The translations under genes and the position numbers were made by a program. Positions 16,922 to 26,009 of a stretch of DNA of 38,005 bases are shown piece by piece (position 1 is the first letter of the stretch; each line of letters begins with the position of its first letter). Under the pieces are notes generated by a model that saw nothing but the letters and a program-made list of their open reading frames with translations, did no database searches and was not told the origin of the DNA. The stretch is from positions 1 to 38,005 of the forward strand of contig JASFEA010000012.1 in assembly GCA_050125095.1 (NCBI GenBank), read 5' to 3'. The DNA is from a bacterium. GTDB taxonomy: Bacteria; Arandabacterota; Arandabacteria; Arandabacterales; JALGWA01.

Positions 16922-19354
16922 CTAGTCCTCCACCGTCAGGCCCATCATCTCCGCGGGCAGCATGGGCAGGGGGTCGCCGTTGTGATCGAGACGGAACTTG
17001 ATAAGCTCTATGAACTCGTCCTCCTGCCCGGCTTCGATCCCGAACAGCCTTGGCGCGAAGAGGTCCGAGCTCATCAGCGCGGGCCTCGGCATTTCGACAA
17101 TCTCGACTTTCTCGTCTGCAGGAATACCCGCCTCGCGCTTCGCAAGCTTTATCGCCGTATCGAGGCCGCCCAGCTCATCAACCAGTCCGTTCTTTCTGCC
17201 GTCGGTGCCGAGCCAGATCCTTCCCTGGCCGATGGCGTCCACCTCGTCGTATTCCATGCGGCGGCCCCGAGCTACCTTCTCCACGAACTGGCGGTAGAAG
17301 TCCGTTATATGCTCCTTCATCCTGGCGAACTCGTCGTCAGTCAAGTTGCGGTCCGGGATCCTCAGGCCCAGAATCGGCAGCGTAGCGCCGAAGCCCAGGT
17401 CGGCATGCTCGCCCGCCTTAACGAAGTCGGTGCTCATACCGAGTTTCTCTTTGAGTCCCTTGTTGTAAAACCATCCGCCGATAACTCCTATTGAGCCGGT
17501 TATGGTCGCGGGGGAAGCTACGATCTTGTCGCCGTACATGGAGATCCAGTAGCCGCCCGAAGCCGCCACCGCGCCCTGTGTAACGATCACGGGTTTCTCC
17601 GCCGCGCACTTCTTAAGGGCTTCCGCCACCAGATCGGAGGCCATACCGCTCCCGCCGGGCGAGTCCACCCGGAAGACAACGGCCTTGATATCCTTGTTTT
17701 TCCTGGCGGCGTCGATGTACCGGGACAGCTTCCTCGCGTTTATGCCATCGTCCATTGCGCAGACGCCGATGGCGTAAATGAGAGCTACCTGCTTGCGGCT
17801 TCCCCAGTATCCCTCCCTCGGCAGGGTGGACATCTCGAAGTACTTGGGGCTGACAGTCGCCAGCTTCTCTCCCTCGAGGTCCTCAATAGCGTCCTCGGTG
17901 GCGTCCCACTTGCCCAGCTCGTCAACTAAGCCGAGCTCAAGGGCCTCCTCCGGCATGAGGAAGGCCATTTCATTCACCACGCGGTCGTACTCCTCGGGGC
18001 TTATGCCGCGGGCATCACAGATCTTCTCTCTGATGATGCGGTAGGCCTCTTCGATTATCCTCTTGATCTGCTCCTCATCGCCCTCGGAGAAGTCCGTCCT
18101 GCTATATCCCTCGTACGCGGACTTGTACTTAAAGAATCGCCACTCGTCGAAGCCTATGCCGACCTTGTCGAGGGTCTCCTTCATATAGGTGCGCCCGGCG
18201 AGCATGCCGGGCATCGCGAGCCCGCCGGTATCGTCCATGACGATCTTGTCGGCCACTGTCGCCAGAGTGTAGGTCGTAAGGCCTACGTCGTCGACGTAGA
18301 CCACCACCTTCTTGCCGGACCTCCGGAAATCCTCGAGCATATCACGGATTTCCCACTTATTTTCTATGTTGGCGTAGAGCCCCGAGGTGTTGACCACGAT
18401 GCCGGCGATTGAATCGTCTTCCCTGGCTCTATCGATCGTTTCAAGCAGGCCCACGAGGGTCGTGGACCGGTCGAACCATATATATCGCTGGTACCTGACG
18501 GGGCCCTTCAGATCGAGCCGGAGATAGCGTTTCTTGCCGACCCTACCATGGAATACATTGCGGTCGAAGGCGCCTGTGCGAACCCCGTAAGTGTTATAGC
18601 CGTGCTTGCTTTCATTGTCCCACAGCGCCTGCGCCGCGACCCCCGCGTGGCCGAGGCTGAAAGAGAGCCCAACGGTGAACGCCTCGGTGTCGAAGTAGCG
18701 GCCGGTCAGGCGAATGCCCGGCAACATCTCCAGGATAACGCCGGCGCTCCATGGCGCGTCCTCCATCCTCATGCCCCGCTGTATGGCGTAATCCGCGTAA
18801 ACCGTCAGGCGTTCGTCGCCGAGGACGCGGACTGCGGCATCGAATATGCCCTGGTTGTCCCTGCTGGTGGTGGAGAACTGGCCCACCGCTCCGAGCGAAA
18901 GGTAGCGCATCGGGCGCCCCAGCCATCCGACGCTGAAGAAGCTGGACCTGTCGAGCGTCCGGTTGCTCCCCGCCGACCAGTTGTACTGGAAGCCGATGCT
19001 CGATGTGGGTCTGCCGCCTGCAAAAGAGAGCCGGTAATCGTAAGAGGATCCGGCGTCCATCTGGTCCCTTATCACTCCGAATCCCGTGTTAAGGGCCGGA
19101 ATTCCGGTGAAGAACCCCCAGCCGTCGAAGCTGCTCCAGTCGTCCTTGGCGTCTGACCAGGCGAAGTAGAAATCAGGCTGGTGAAGATACGTGAGCAGAG
19201 CGGGATTCACGTATCCGTAGAGCCCCATCCCCATGGCGCCGGGAGATGCCAGGAGATATTTCGAATGAGTGTGATAGTGGGGTATGGTCGCCCAGCACAT
19301 TCCCGCGAGCGCGAGAAGCAGTACGGCCGTGAGCAGGAACTTCGCCGGTTTCAT
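16922..19354 (-). CDS. sppA: Signal peptide peptidase SppA (S49, tandem domains) with N-terminal beta-barrel-like region
   Basis: FKYKSAYE (catalytic Lys), RVDSPGGS, AASGGYW (catalytic Ser), TITGSIGV, GQGRIWLG. N-terminal ~270 aa of amphipathic strands with YVNPALL. GGAGG SD before ATG 19354. Confidence 0.9.
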   Translation of the reverse strand: MKPAKFLLTAVLLLALAGMCWATIPHYHTHSKYLLASPGAMGMGLYGYVNPALLTYLHQPDFYFAWSDAKDDWSSFDGWGFFTGIPALNTGFGVIRDQMDAGSSYDYRLSFAGGRPTSSIGFQYNWSAGSNRTLDRSSFFSVGWLGRPMRYLSLGAVGQFSTTSRDNQGIFDAAVRVLGDERLTVYADYAIQRGMRMEDAPWSAGVILEMLPGIRLTGRYFDTEAFTVGLSFSLGHAGVAAQALWDNESKHGYNTYGVRTGAFDRNVFHGRVGKKRYLRLDLKGPVRYQRYIWFDRSTTLVGLLETIDRAREDDSIAGIVVNTSGLYANIENKWEIRDMLEDFRRSGKKVVVYVDDVGLTTYTLATVADKIVMDDTGGLAMPGMLAGRTYMKETLDKVGIGFDEWRFFKYKSAYEGYSRTDFSEGDEEQIKRIIEEAYRIIREKICDARGISPEEYDRVVNEMAFLMPEEALELGLVDELGKWDATEDAIEDLEGEKLATVSPKYFEMSTLPREGYWGSRKQVALIYAIGVCAMDDGINARKLSRYIDAARKNKDIKAVVFRVDSPGGSGMASDLVAEALKKCAAEKPVIVTQGAVAASGGYWISMYGDKIVASPATITGSIGVIGGWFYNKGLKEKLGMSTDFVKAGEHADLGFGATLPILGLRIPDRNLTDDEFARMKEHITDFYRQFVEKVARGRRMEYDEVDAIGQGRIWLGTDGRKNGLVDELGGLDTAIKLAKREAGIPADEKVEIVEMPRPALMSSDLFAPRLFGIEAGQEDEFIELIKFRLDHNGDPLPMLPAEMMGLTVED

Positions 19355-19493
19355 GTAGTCCTCCTTCCGGGCATGAGTCACAGTGCACTCGAGTCATAGG
19401 GGAATCAGCGAATGTGATTCGCTGAGCCTTTCCGGTGAATGGTTCGGCGCTACCATCTGAATAGATCGACGCTGCAGTATATCACCGGGCCCA

Positions 19494-20078
19494 TCACAAG
19501 TCAATATACCAGACTAGCATTACCTCATGAGCCACCCGGCGGTCGTGGGCGTATGCGTGCAAGTTTATCTCGCCCAGCCGGCAGCCCCTGGCGTAATAGA
19601 AGCGACAGGCCGGGACGTTGATGTTCTGAGTTTCAATCTTCATCTGCACCGCGCCCCGGCCGCGCGCCCACGCGAGCGCGTGGTTGAAAATTCTGGTGCC
19701 GGTTCCGGAGCGCCGCAGTCCCGGGGCTACCCGAATGTCCCACAGCACAGCCAGGTCGCGGCGCCCGGCGAGCATATTGACCCCCGGGGTATCGTAGGCC
19801 ACGGTCGCGCAGCAGATGGGGGAGGCGTCCTCATAGCCGATGAATATACCCCAGTTCGCCAGGTCGAACCTCCTTGCCCAGCGTTCCGGGCCGCCTTCTT
19901 CCGAGTCGTCGTAGTTCTTGATATAAGGGGTTGCAACGGGCTCCTCCGTCAGGCTTATGCCCCCCAGGCCCCCGTCCACGCGGTCGATGCGGAGCACCGA
20001 ACTGACTTCGAAGGCTATGGAAACTTCCGAGTACTCGCGGAGGCCGTCCCTGCCCGTTTCGACTATGCTGAAGGCCAT
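19494..20078 (-). CDS. GNAT acetyltransferase, streptothricin-acetyltransferase-like fold
   Basis: LWDIRV, RRSGTG, ETQNINVPACRFY. Confidence 0.82.
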   Translation of the reverse strand: MAFSIVETGRDGLREYSEVSIAFEVSSVLRIDRVDGGLGGISLTEEPVATPYIKNYDDSEEGGPERWARRFDLANWGIFIGYEDASPICCATVAYDTPGVNMLAGRRDLAVLWDIRVAPGLRRSGTGTRIFNHALAWARGRGAVQMKIETQNINVPACRFYYARGCRLGEINLHAYAHDRRVAHEVMLVWYIDL

Positions 20079-20125
20079 TTATCTTTCCCCGCAGATATCC
20101 CGGCAAAGCGTTGCGCCCGAGTGGA

Positions 20126-21070
20126 TCAGGCGCCACGCGCCTCCGTCACGGGATACGTGTACGAGTTCTTCATTTCACGCGCCCGGTCCATATAATGCGT
20201 CATATGCTGGCCGCAATTGCTGCCGATATGGTTCTCCTCAAGCTCCCCGATTGAGAGGATGACGTCGTAACCCGCGCCTCGCAGCTCGCGGACAGGGCCG
20301 CAGTCCTCACCGCCGGACGAGACCAGTGAAGCGATGTCGTTCCTTCTCGCCTGGTAGGTGGGATTTACGGGAGTTATCTTTATCAGGAAATCGTCCGGGT
20401 CGAAGAGCGACCGGAGAAGCCCGGAGTCCACCGGCACGCCGCGGGCGAGCGCGAAATTGAGGGTGACTTTGCGCTCGCCTCGTACGTGAAAAGACCTGCC
20501 GTACTCGGCGATCTTCTCGAGTCCCCACTTCCTAACCGGAACCAGCCAGGACCTGGCGCCCTCGTCGGTCGAGTGTATGGAGAACTGCAGCTGGAACCTC
20601 CTGCCGTACAACCTGTTCTTGATGTCGCGCAGCCCATCGAAAAACGCCTCTCTGCCCGCCGGCGCAACCGTAGAGAGCGAAGGGAACAGGACGTCGGGCG
20701 GGTAGAGTTCCGGAAGGCGCTCCAGCGCCTTGAGCACCTCGTCGTTGAGAGCGGGCTCGCCCATTCGCGCGAACTGGATCTTGAGCCTGCGGGTGCCTAT
20801 TCGCCCGTCCGGAAACCGGCGCGACACGAGGTACTCGACCTGTGAGAGGATCTCGTCCGCCGTGAGCTTGCCTTCGTAGAAGTTGCCGGCATCGCAGAAC
20901 GGGCAACCTACCGGGCATCCGAAGAGCGTCGACAGGATGAGCACCCATTTCTCTTCGAGCGGAACCGGTGGCTGCACGGATTCGACAAACTCCATCTTTT
21001 TGCCCCCATCCGTCTCGGCGATATATACCCTGGCGAGTTCGTCCTTTCCGGTCTCTGCAAGTACTCTCAA
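20126..21070 (-). CDS. RlmN/Cfr-like radical SAM enzyme, atypical
   Basis: CPVGCPFC, RMGEP, FSIHS, TPVN, C-terminal NCGQ; TTG start. Confidence 0.85.
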   Translation of the reverse strand: MRVLAETGKDELARVYIAETDGGKKMEFVESVQPPVPLEEKWVLILSTLFGCPVGCPFCDAGNFYEGKLTADEILSQVEYLVSRRFPDGRIGTRRLKIQFARMGEPALNDEVLKALERLPELYPPDVLFPSLSTVAPAGREAFFDGLRDIKNRLYGRRFQLQFSIHSTDEGARSWLVPVRKWGLEKIAEYGRSFHVRGERKVTLNFALARGVPVDSGLLRSLFDPDDFLIKITPVNPTYQARRNDIASLVSSGGEDCGPVRELRGAGYDVILSIGELEENHIGSNCGQHMTHYMDRAREMKNSYTYPVTEARGA

Positions 21071-21092
21071 CGCTTCCGCTCCGGTGCCGGAT

Positions 21093-21995
21093 TCACTGAT
21101 TGATCCGGCCTTCAGATCTGAGATGTTTCGCTATGTGCATCGCGGCTTCCACGCCGTTCCCCACCGAAATCGATGCCTGCCGGTAAAGGCCGTTTCTCAC
21201 ATCGCCGATGAGGTGGAGCTTATTTCTCAACGTGAGGTATGCCGACTGCTCAGCAAGTCCCCTGGTGAAGAAGTGAGTAGCCGGTTCCCTGCCGACCGCA
21301 ATGACCAGGTAGCCCACACTGACCGTGGTTTCACCCGGCCTGCGGAGATGGCTGCAGGATAGCAGCAGTTTTCCGCCGCGTCCAACGGCTTTTCGCACCT
21401 CAATGCCGGTCATCAGGGATATGTGGAGCGAACTCGCTGCCTTTTCCCAGAGTCTGTGATTGCACCTGGGGGCGGCGCTCCTTGCCAGCACGGTCACCTC
21501 GTTCTGGCGGGAGAGGTTAAGCGCGTAGTCAAATGCCGCATCCCCCGCGCCGACGATCGCGATGTTCTTATCGCGGACGTCCCGGATGGGATAGACTTCG
21601 TAGAATACGCGATCCATGATGTCATCCGGGATTGCCAGATCGGGGATCTTCCTGGGCTCGGTTCCGGATGCGACCACAGCGACGCGACATATCGTCCCGC
21701 CGCCGGCGGTCCTCAGTAAATACCGGTCTTCCCTGTAATCCAGCGACACCGCCCTCTCGCGGCGCACCTCGACGTCATTGCGCCCCAGATGATCCCGCAT
21801 GAGCGCCACCAGTTCGGGACCGGCGATGCCCTCGGGGAATCCGGGATAGTTCTCGACCATGTAGGCGTTTCGGAGAAGGCCGCCGACTTCATCCTGCTCG
21901 AAGACGACCGGAGATATTTCCTGGCGCCTGAGCTGAATGGCCGCTGCGATTCCAGCGGGGCCGGCGCCTATTATGACCACGTCCCGCGCTTCCAC
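21093..21995 (-). CDS. FAD/NAD(P)-dependent oxidoreductase, thioredoxin-reductase-like, lacking CxxC
   Basis: GAGPAG, ENYPG, GAGDAA, GDV...YRQA. The active-site position reads VFYEVY. GTG start abuts the upstream TAA. Confidence 0.85.
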   Translation of the reverse strand: MEARDVVIIGAGPAGIAAAIQLRRQEISPVVFEQDEVGGLLRNAYMVENYPGFPEGIAGPELVALMRDHLGRNDVEVRRERAVSLDYREDRYLLRTAGGGTICRVAVVASGTEPRKIPDLAIPDDIMDRVFYEVYPIRDVRDKNIAIVGAGDAAFDYALNLSRQNEVTVLARSAAPRCNHRLWEKAASSLHISLMTGIEVRKAVGRGGKLLLSCSHLRRPGETTVSVGYLVIAVGREPATHFFTRGLAEQSAYLTLRNKLHLIGDVRNGLYRQASISVGNGVEAAMHIAKHLRSEGRINQ

Positions 21996-22652
21996 TTATG
22001 CGCCCTCCAGGGCGGCCAGGAGGTCGCGTGTCAGAATCGGCACGGCAAAACCATGTGAGAGGTTGAGCAGGCTCCCGAAGTGGAAATCCTCGTTGTAAGT
22101 CGCCGTGGCGTCCACGGGAATCAGGACGGTGAAGCCCCTCATGAATGCCGACCTCGCCGTGGTCTCACAACACAGATGCGTCATCACTCCCGTGACGACA
22201 ACCTGCGATACGCCCCGCTCCCTGAGCTCCTCCTCCAGCCTTGTCCCGTGGAATGCGTCATACTGCGTCTTCTCGATGACAATGGAGCCTGGTGAAATGA
22301 GCGCGGGCTCGATCTCGCTGTAGCGGGTGCCCGCGCGTATGAGGTCCTTCCACCATGTCGCCAGGAGGCCCGCGTCCTCTTGGGTGTTGACGTGACGGGT
22401 GAGGACCACCGGCAGTCCCGCCGCGGTATAGGCAGCTTCCATCTCCTCTATACGGCCGATGACGGGGAGGAGGCTGGGTATAAAGGCATGCGAGTCGGGG
22501 TCGCTGAAGTACCGCTGAACATCGAGAATCAGGAGCGCCGAATGCCTCGGCTCAACCTGTATGTCGCGCACCTTGACCCGGTCGCGAATGCCGGAGAGCA
22601 TGGCCTGCGCCCTGTCGTCGATGTTGTCTTCTGTGAAATACGCGGTTTTCAT
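21996..22652 (-). CDS. Isochorismatase/nicotinamidase-family cysteine hydrolase
   Basis: Asp-Lys-Cys triad motifs ILDVQ, EKTQYDAF, GVMTHLCCETTAR. Confidence 0.92.
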   Translation of the reverse strand: MKTAYFTEDNIDDRAQAMLSGIRDRVKVRDIQVEPRHSALLILDVQRYFSDPDSHAFIPSLLPVIGRIEEMEAAYTAAGLPVVLTRHVNTQEDAGLLATWWKDLIRAGTRYSEIEPALISPGSIVIEKTQYDAFHGTRLEEELRERGVSQVVVTGVMTHLCCETTARSAFMRGFTVLIPVDATATYNEDFHFGSLLNLSHGFAVPILTRDLLAALEGA

Positions 22653-22717
22653 TTCCAGAGCAGAGCCAGGTCAAAGTCGCGGATGCCTGTTGTGCCGGGT
22701 GCGGTGGCGCCCCTGCC

Positions 22718-23308
22718 TCAGAACTTGCCGAGCCTGAGGGTGAGGGTGGCGGCAACGTCCCGGAGATCCTCATTGCTGAGTCCTTCCATCTGGAGATCGG
22801 AAACGAAGCGATACGTATAGCCGAAGTCAATGCGCCAGCCCTCGCGGATGTTGAACTCCAGGTTGAATCCGGGCTCTATTATCAAGAAGGAATCGCCATC
22901 CCATTCTTCGTCGCTGCCCTCTTCGCGCGTGAAAAAGTCGGCACCTCCGACGCCGATAAGGGTGTATAGCGTGAAGTGAAACATGTGCTGGGGGTAGAAG
23001 ATATACTCCACTTCGACTCCGCCGTAACCGAAGTTGAGAAGAGCCGAAACGTCGGTCCGGTCGAAGTCGGTGGTGATATCCGAAGCCAGCCCGTACCCGC
23101 CCACGCCGAGACAGAACTGGTGATTTGCGACCCATGCGACCCGTCCCCCGGCCAGCAGTGAGAACTGCCCCAGGATTTCCGTCCCCTTGAGCACAGGGGC
23201 AGCAAACGCCCCGTGATGGTGTATCGACCCGACCAGCGTGCGGTCATCCGCCGCAAGAGCCGAAGCGCAGACCAGGATGAGGAGGGCGACAAGCATGAGC
23301 TTCTTCAT
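22718..23308 (-). CDS. Small outer-membrane beta-barrel protein
   Basis: GGAGG SD, MKKLML signal peptide, alternating strands (FGYGG, IEPG), terminal Phe (LRLGKF). Confidence 0.8.
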   Translation of the reverse strand: MKKLMLVALLILVCASALAADDRTLVGSIHHHGAFAAPVLKGTEILGQFSLLAGGRVAWVANHQFCLGVGGYGLASDITTDFDRTDVSALLNFGYGGVEVEYIFYPQHMFHFTLYTLIGVGGADFFTREEGSDEEWDGDSFLIIEPGFNLEFNIREGWRIDFGYTYRFVSDLQMEGLSNEDLRDVAATLTLRLGKF

Positions 23309-23353
23309 ATTGCTTCCTCCGTAACTGTGACTGCCGGCATCATTTCTCCCTGA

Positions 23354-23383
23354 ACCGTAAGGGCTGCGGCCACGCTTTGTCAA
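23354..23383 (-). promoter_or_regulatory. Possible sigma70 promoter for the OMP-hydrolase-oxidoreductase-radical SAM run
   Basis: TTGACA-N18-TACGGT on the minus strand. Confidence 0.35.
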
Positions 23384-23433
23384 GCGCCTTGAGAGCGGCG
23401 GCCCTGCGCCCGTCTCTTAGCCGCCGGCCGCCC

Positions 23434-24063
23434 CTACAGCCGGCGGCACCAGAACTGCAGTATCGTGTCGCCGAAGGCCTTAACGGGATAGAACTCCTCC
23501 TCGACTATGTCAAACAGTCCCCGCACCAGCCCCTGCATCTCTTCGGCGCCGTAGTAGGCGTAGTATCTCGGGGCCCCCGGGTATGAACGGGGGTTCTCTT
23601 CCATACCTTCGCCCTCGCCGGTCTTGAAGTTGAATGAAAATACCCCGCCGGGCTTTATCACCCGGTGTATTTCGGTCATGGCAGCCGGCAGGTCGCGCTT
23701 GGGGAGATGGTAGAGAATGCCGCTTGCCCACAAACCGTCAAGGTAACCGTCGAGCAGAGCCAGGCCGCGCACGTCCATGTTAAGGTGGATGCCCTCCGGG
23801 ACCCTTCTGGCCGCTTCAGCGAGCATGCCCCGCGAGAGATCGACGAGGAGCACGCGCGCTCCCCCGGCGATGAGATGTCCCGCGTCCCTTCCGTCCCCGC
23901 ACCCCACGTCGGCAATCAGCGGGGCCTTACGGCCCATCAGCCGGAGGAATCTTTCAAGGAAATCCTCTTCAATGCGGCGGAACTCGTCGCGCAGAGTATG
24001 CCTGCAGTAATCGCTTGCGATCTTGTCGTAGGATTCAATCGTGGTCCGGACTTCATCGGGCAT
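23434..24063 (-). CDS. Class I SAM-dependent methyltransferase
   Basis: DVGCGDG, VDLSRGML, KPGG; GGAGG SD before ATG 24063. Confidence 0.9.
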   Translation of the reverse strand: MPDEVRTTIESYDKIASDYCRHTLRDEFRRIEEDFLERFLRLMGRKAPLIADVGCGDGRDAGHLIAGGARVLLVDLSRGMLAEAARRVPEGIHLNMDVRGLALLDGYLDGLWASGILYHLPKRDLPAAMTEIHRVIKPGGVFSFNFKTGEGEGMEENPRSYPGAPRYYAYYGAEEMQGLVRGLFDIVEEEFYPVKAFGDTILQFWCRRL

Positions 24064-24219
24064 GCTTATCCTCCTCAAAGGGGAACGTCAGGGGACCTCC
24101 GGGGGATGTAACCTCCTGAAAACGCCGGGGTTCCAGCCCGCCGGTAGGGGGCGGATACACCGCCGGGCAGGCCTATCGACTCCATTCGAACCGGCCTGCC
24201 CGTTCAGTGCGAAGCAAAT

Positions 24220-24735
24220 CTAGAACTGGCCGTCCATCTTGTACTCCATGACGTCGAACCAGTATCCGTTGTGGGTCAGGTTGTCGATTTGCGACTGGAT
24301 GAGGTCGTAGTGCGTCTGCTCCTCATCCCTGATACGCCTGAAGACTTCCGCTGCTTCAGGATTGCCCGCTTCTATTATGGCTTTATCGAAGAACTGCATC
24401 GCACTCCGCTCGAGTTCGAGAGCTTTATTCAGAAAATCGAGCTCGACGGATAAGTTCTTGCACTCGCATTGCTCGCGCGCTTCATCGAAATAGGGGACGC
24501 GCTTGGCCGGCTGGACGTTCTTGACCGCCGCCTTCCATTCGCCGCCGCCCGACACCTCATCAAATATCTTCTGGAAGGTCCTCTGATGCTCTATCTCCTC
24601 ATTGGCGAGCCGGGTAAACATCTTCTTGCCTACATCGCTCTCAACCTTGTCGGCGGCGTCCATGAAGAACTTGTACCCCGACACTTCCATCTCTATGGCG
24701 GTCTTCATCGCCTGGGCAGCCTTGTCGTCGACCAT
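24220..24735 (-). CDS. Rubrerythrin/ferritin-like diiron protein
   Basis: AIEME...EEIEH and ALELE...EEQTH; AAAGGAG SD. Confidence 0.88.
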   Translation of the reverse strand: MVDDKAAQAMKTAIEMEVSGYKFFMDAADKVESDVGKKMFTRLANEEIEHQRTFQKIFDEVSGGGEWKAAVKNVQPAKRVPYFDEAREQCECKNLSVELDFLNKALELERSAMQFFDKAIIEAGNPEAAEVFRRIRDEEQTHYDLIQSQIDNLTHNGYWFDVMEYKMDGQF

Positions 24736-24790
24736 TGTCGCACTCCTTTCATATTCGGTCTTATGGGTAATCGGGATTATCGTCCCGGAT

Positions 24791-24819
24791 ATTCTAAGCC
24801 ACTTCCCGGAATTAGACAA
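24791..24819 (-). promoter_or_regulatory. Sigma70-like promoter for the rubrerythrin-like gene
   Basis: TTGTCT-N17-TAGAAT on the minus strand. Confidence 0.55.
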
Positions 24820-24880
24820 GCGATATGCTCTGTGCCCGACACCTCTTAGATGTATGGTAAGCAGCCTGCGTAGCGGGAAA

Positions 24881-25591
24881 TCACGGCTTCCGGGCGACGA
24901 CAACCTGAAAAAACTGGGAGGCCACCGCCTCTGTGCTCATGACCCGGAATCCCGCTTCGGCAATCTCGCGCGACAGGCCGCTCTCCAGCAGGTCGGAATA
25001 GGTCGGGTACTCGGGCGTGGGCCGCTCAAGCAGCCTGTAGAAAAGCGCGCGCCACCGCCCCTCCGGCCGGTTGTGTTCGAGAATGACCATGCGTGCGCCG
25101 GGCTTGAGCACGCGATAGGCTTCGGCGAGTATGTTGCGCCTCGCCGGCCCCGGTATCTCGTGCAGGGCGCCGAAGATCACTCCTTTATCGAATCGGGCAT
25201 CCGGATACGGGACGGCCTGCGCGTCGGCCCTCGCCAGTTCGACGTTGGCCGGGATCGATTTGTTCATCGCCACGGCCATCTGGCGGTCCGATATCTCTAT
25301 CCCGGCGACCCCGCCGGGGGCCGGCCCGGAACCCTGCCCCAGACCCGCGAGCCTGTTGCCTATCATTATGGCCAGCGTCCCCGTGCCCGAGCATATGTCG
25401 ATGACCCTGTCGCCGGGCTTGAGTTCAAGCCGGTCTATCACCAGCTCCCGGAGCCTTCGCTCGCCTCCGAATCCGCCGTTAAGCATGAAGAGCAGCAGCG
25501 GGACGAACAGGTCATAGTACCTCGAAAACCACCTGTACCAGGGCACGTACGTCTCGCGGTAGTAGTCCGGGATTCGGTTGCCGGCTTTCAT
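24881..25591 (-). CDS. Class I SAM-dependent methyltransferase (UbiE/MenG-like fold)
   Basis: DICSGTG, ADAQAVPY, ALHE, RVLKPG; exact start uncertain. Confidence 0.85.
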   Translation of the reverse strand: MKAGNRIPDYYRETYVPWYRWFSRYYDLFVPLLLFMLNGGFGGERRLRELVIDRLELKPGDRVIDICSGTGTLAIMIGNRLAGLGQGSGPAPGGVAGIEISDRQMAVAMNKSIPANVELARADAQAVPYPDARFDKGVIFGALHEIPGPARRNILAEAYRVLKPGARMVILEHNRPEGRWRALFYRLLERPTPEYPTYSDLLESGLSREIAEAGFRVMSTEAVASQFFQVVVARKP

Positions 25592-26009
25592 AATTGAGAT
25601 AATACCACCGCGCCGTCCGTGCTTCAACGGGTAGCGCGTCTCAAGGATTTTTCTTGACTCGCGCCCCCTCAAGGTGGATAAATCAAGTGCCCAGTGTTGA
25701 CAATGCGAATCTGCCAAGCTCGAAGCCGCGAGCAGGGATAGCGGGATTCTCTTGTTCGATGTCTGCGCAGACCATCGGGGTATTTCGCGGCATATGACTG
25801 TCCGGGCACCCCACTCCATATGTTATCTCATTCCCGGCCCCATCGGGGACCTTGAGCAATCCATAGGCAATAAATCACACACGTCAATAAGAAGTCTCCG
25901 AAAGGAGGTGTTGTCCGCGGGGGAATTCGTGCGGAATCAGGCCGGCATGGGGCTCATGCCGGTTACACAGGCAGATGGCGCAGCGAACATCAGTCCAGGA
26001 GGATAGAAA

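Noticed and set aside
19405-19425. Inverted repeat TCAGCGAAT/ATTCGCTGA upstream of sppA
   Set aside because: A single hairpin with no U-tract or second copy seen; cannot distinguish terminator from operator.
20126-21070. Naming the gene rlmN or cfr
   Set aside because: Apparent loss of the resolving Cys and of the N-terminal domain makes orthology doubtful.
21093-21995. Naming the gene trxB
   Set aside because: No CxxC active site.
24602-25597. 331-aa plus-strand ORF
   Set aside because: Antisense to two well-supported genes.
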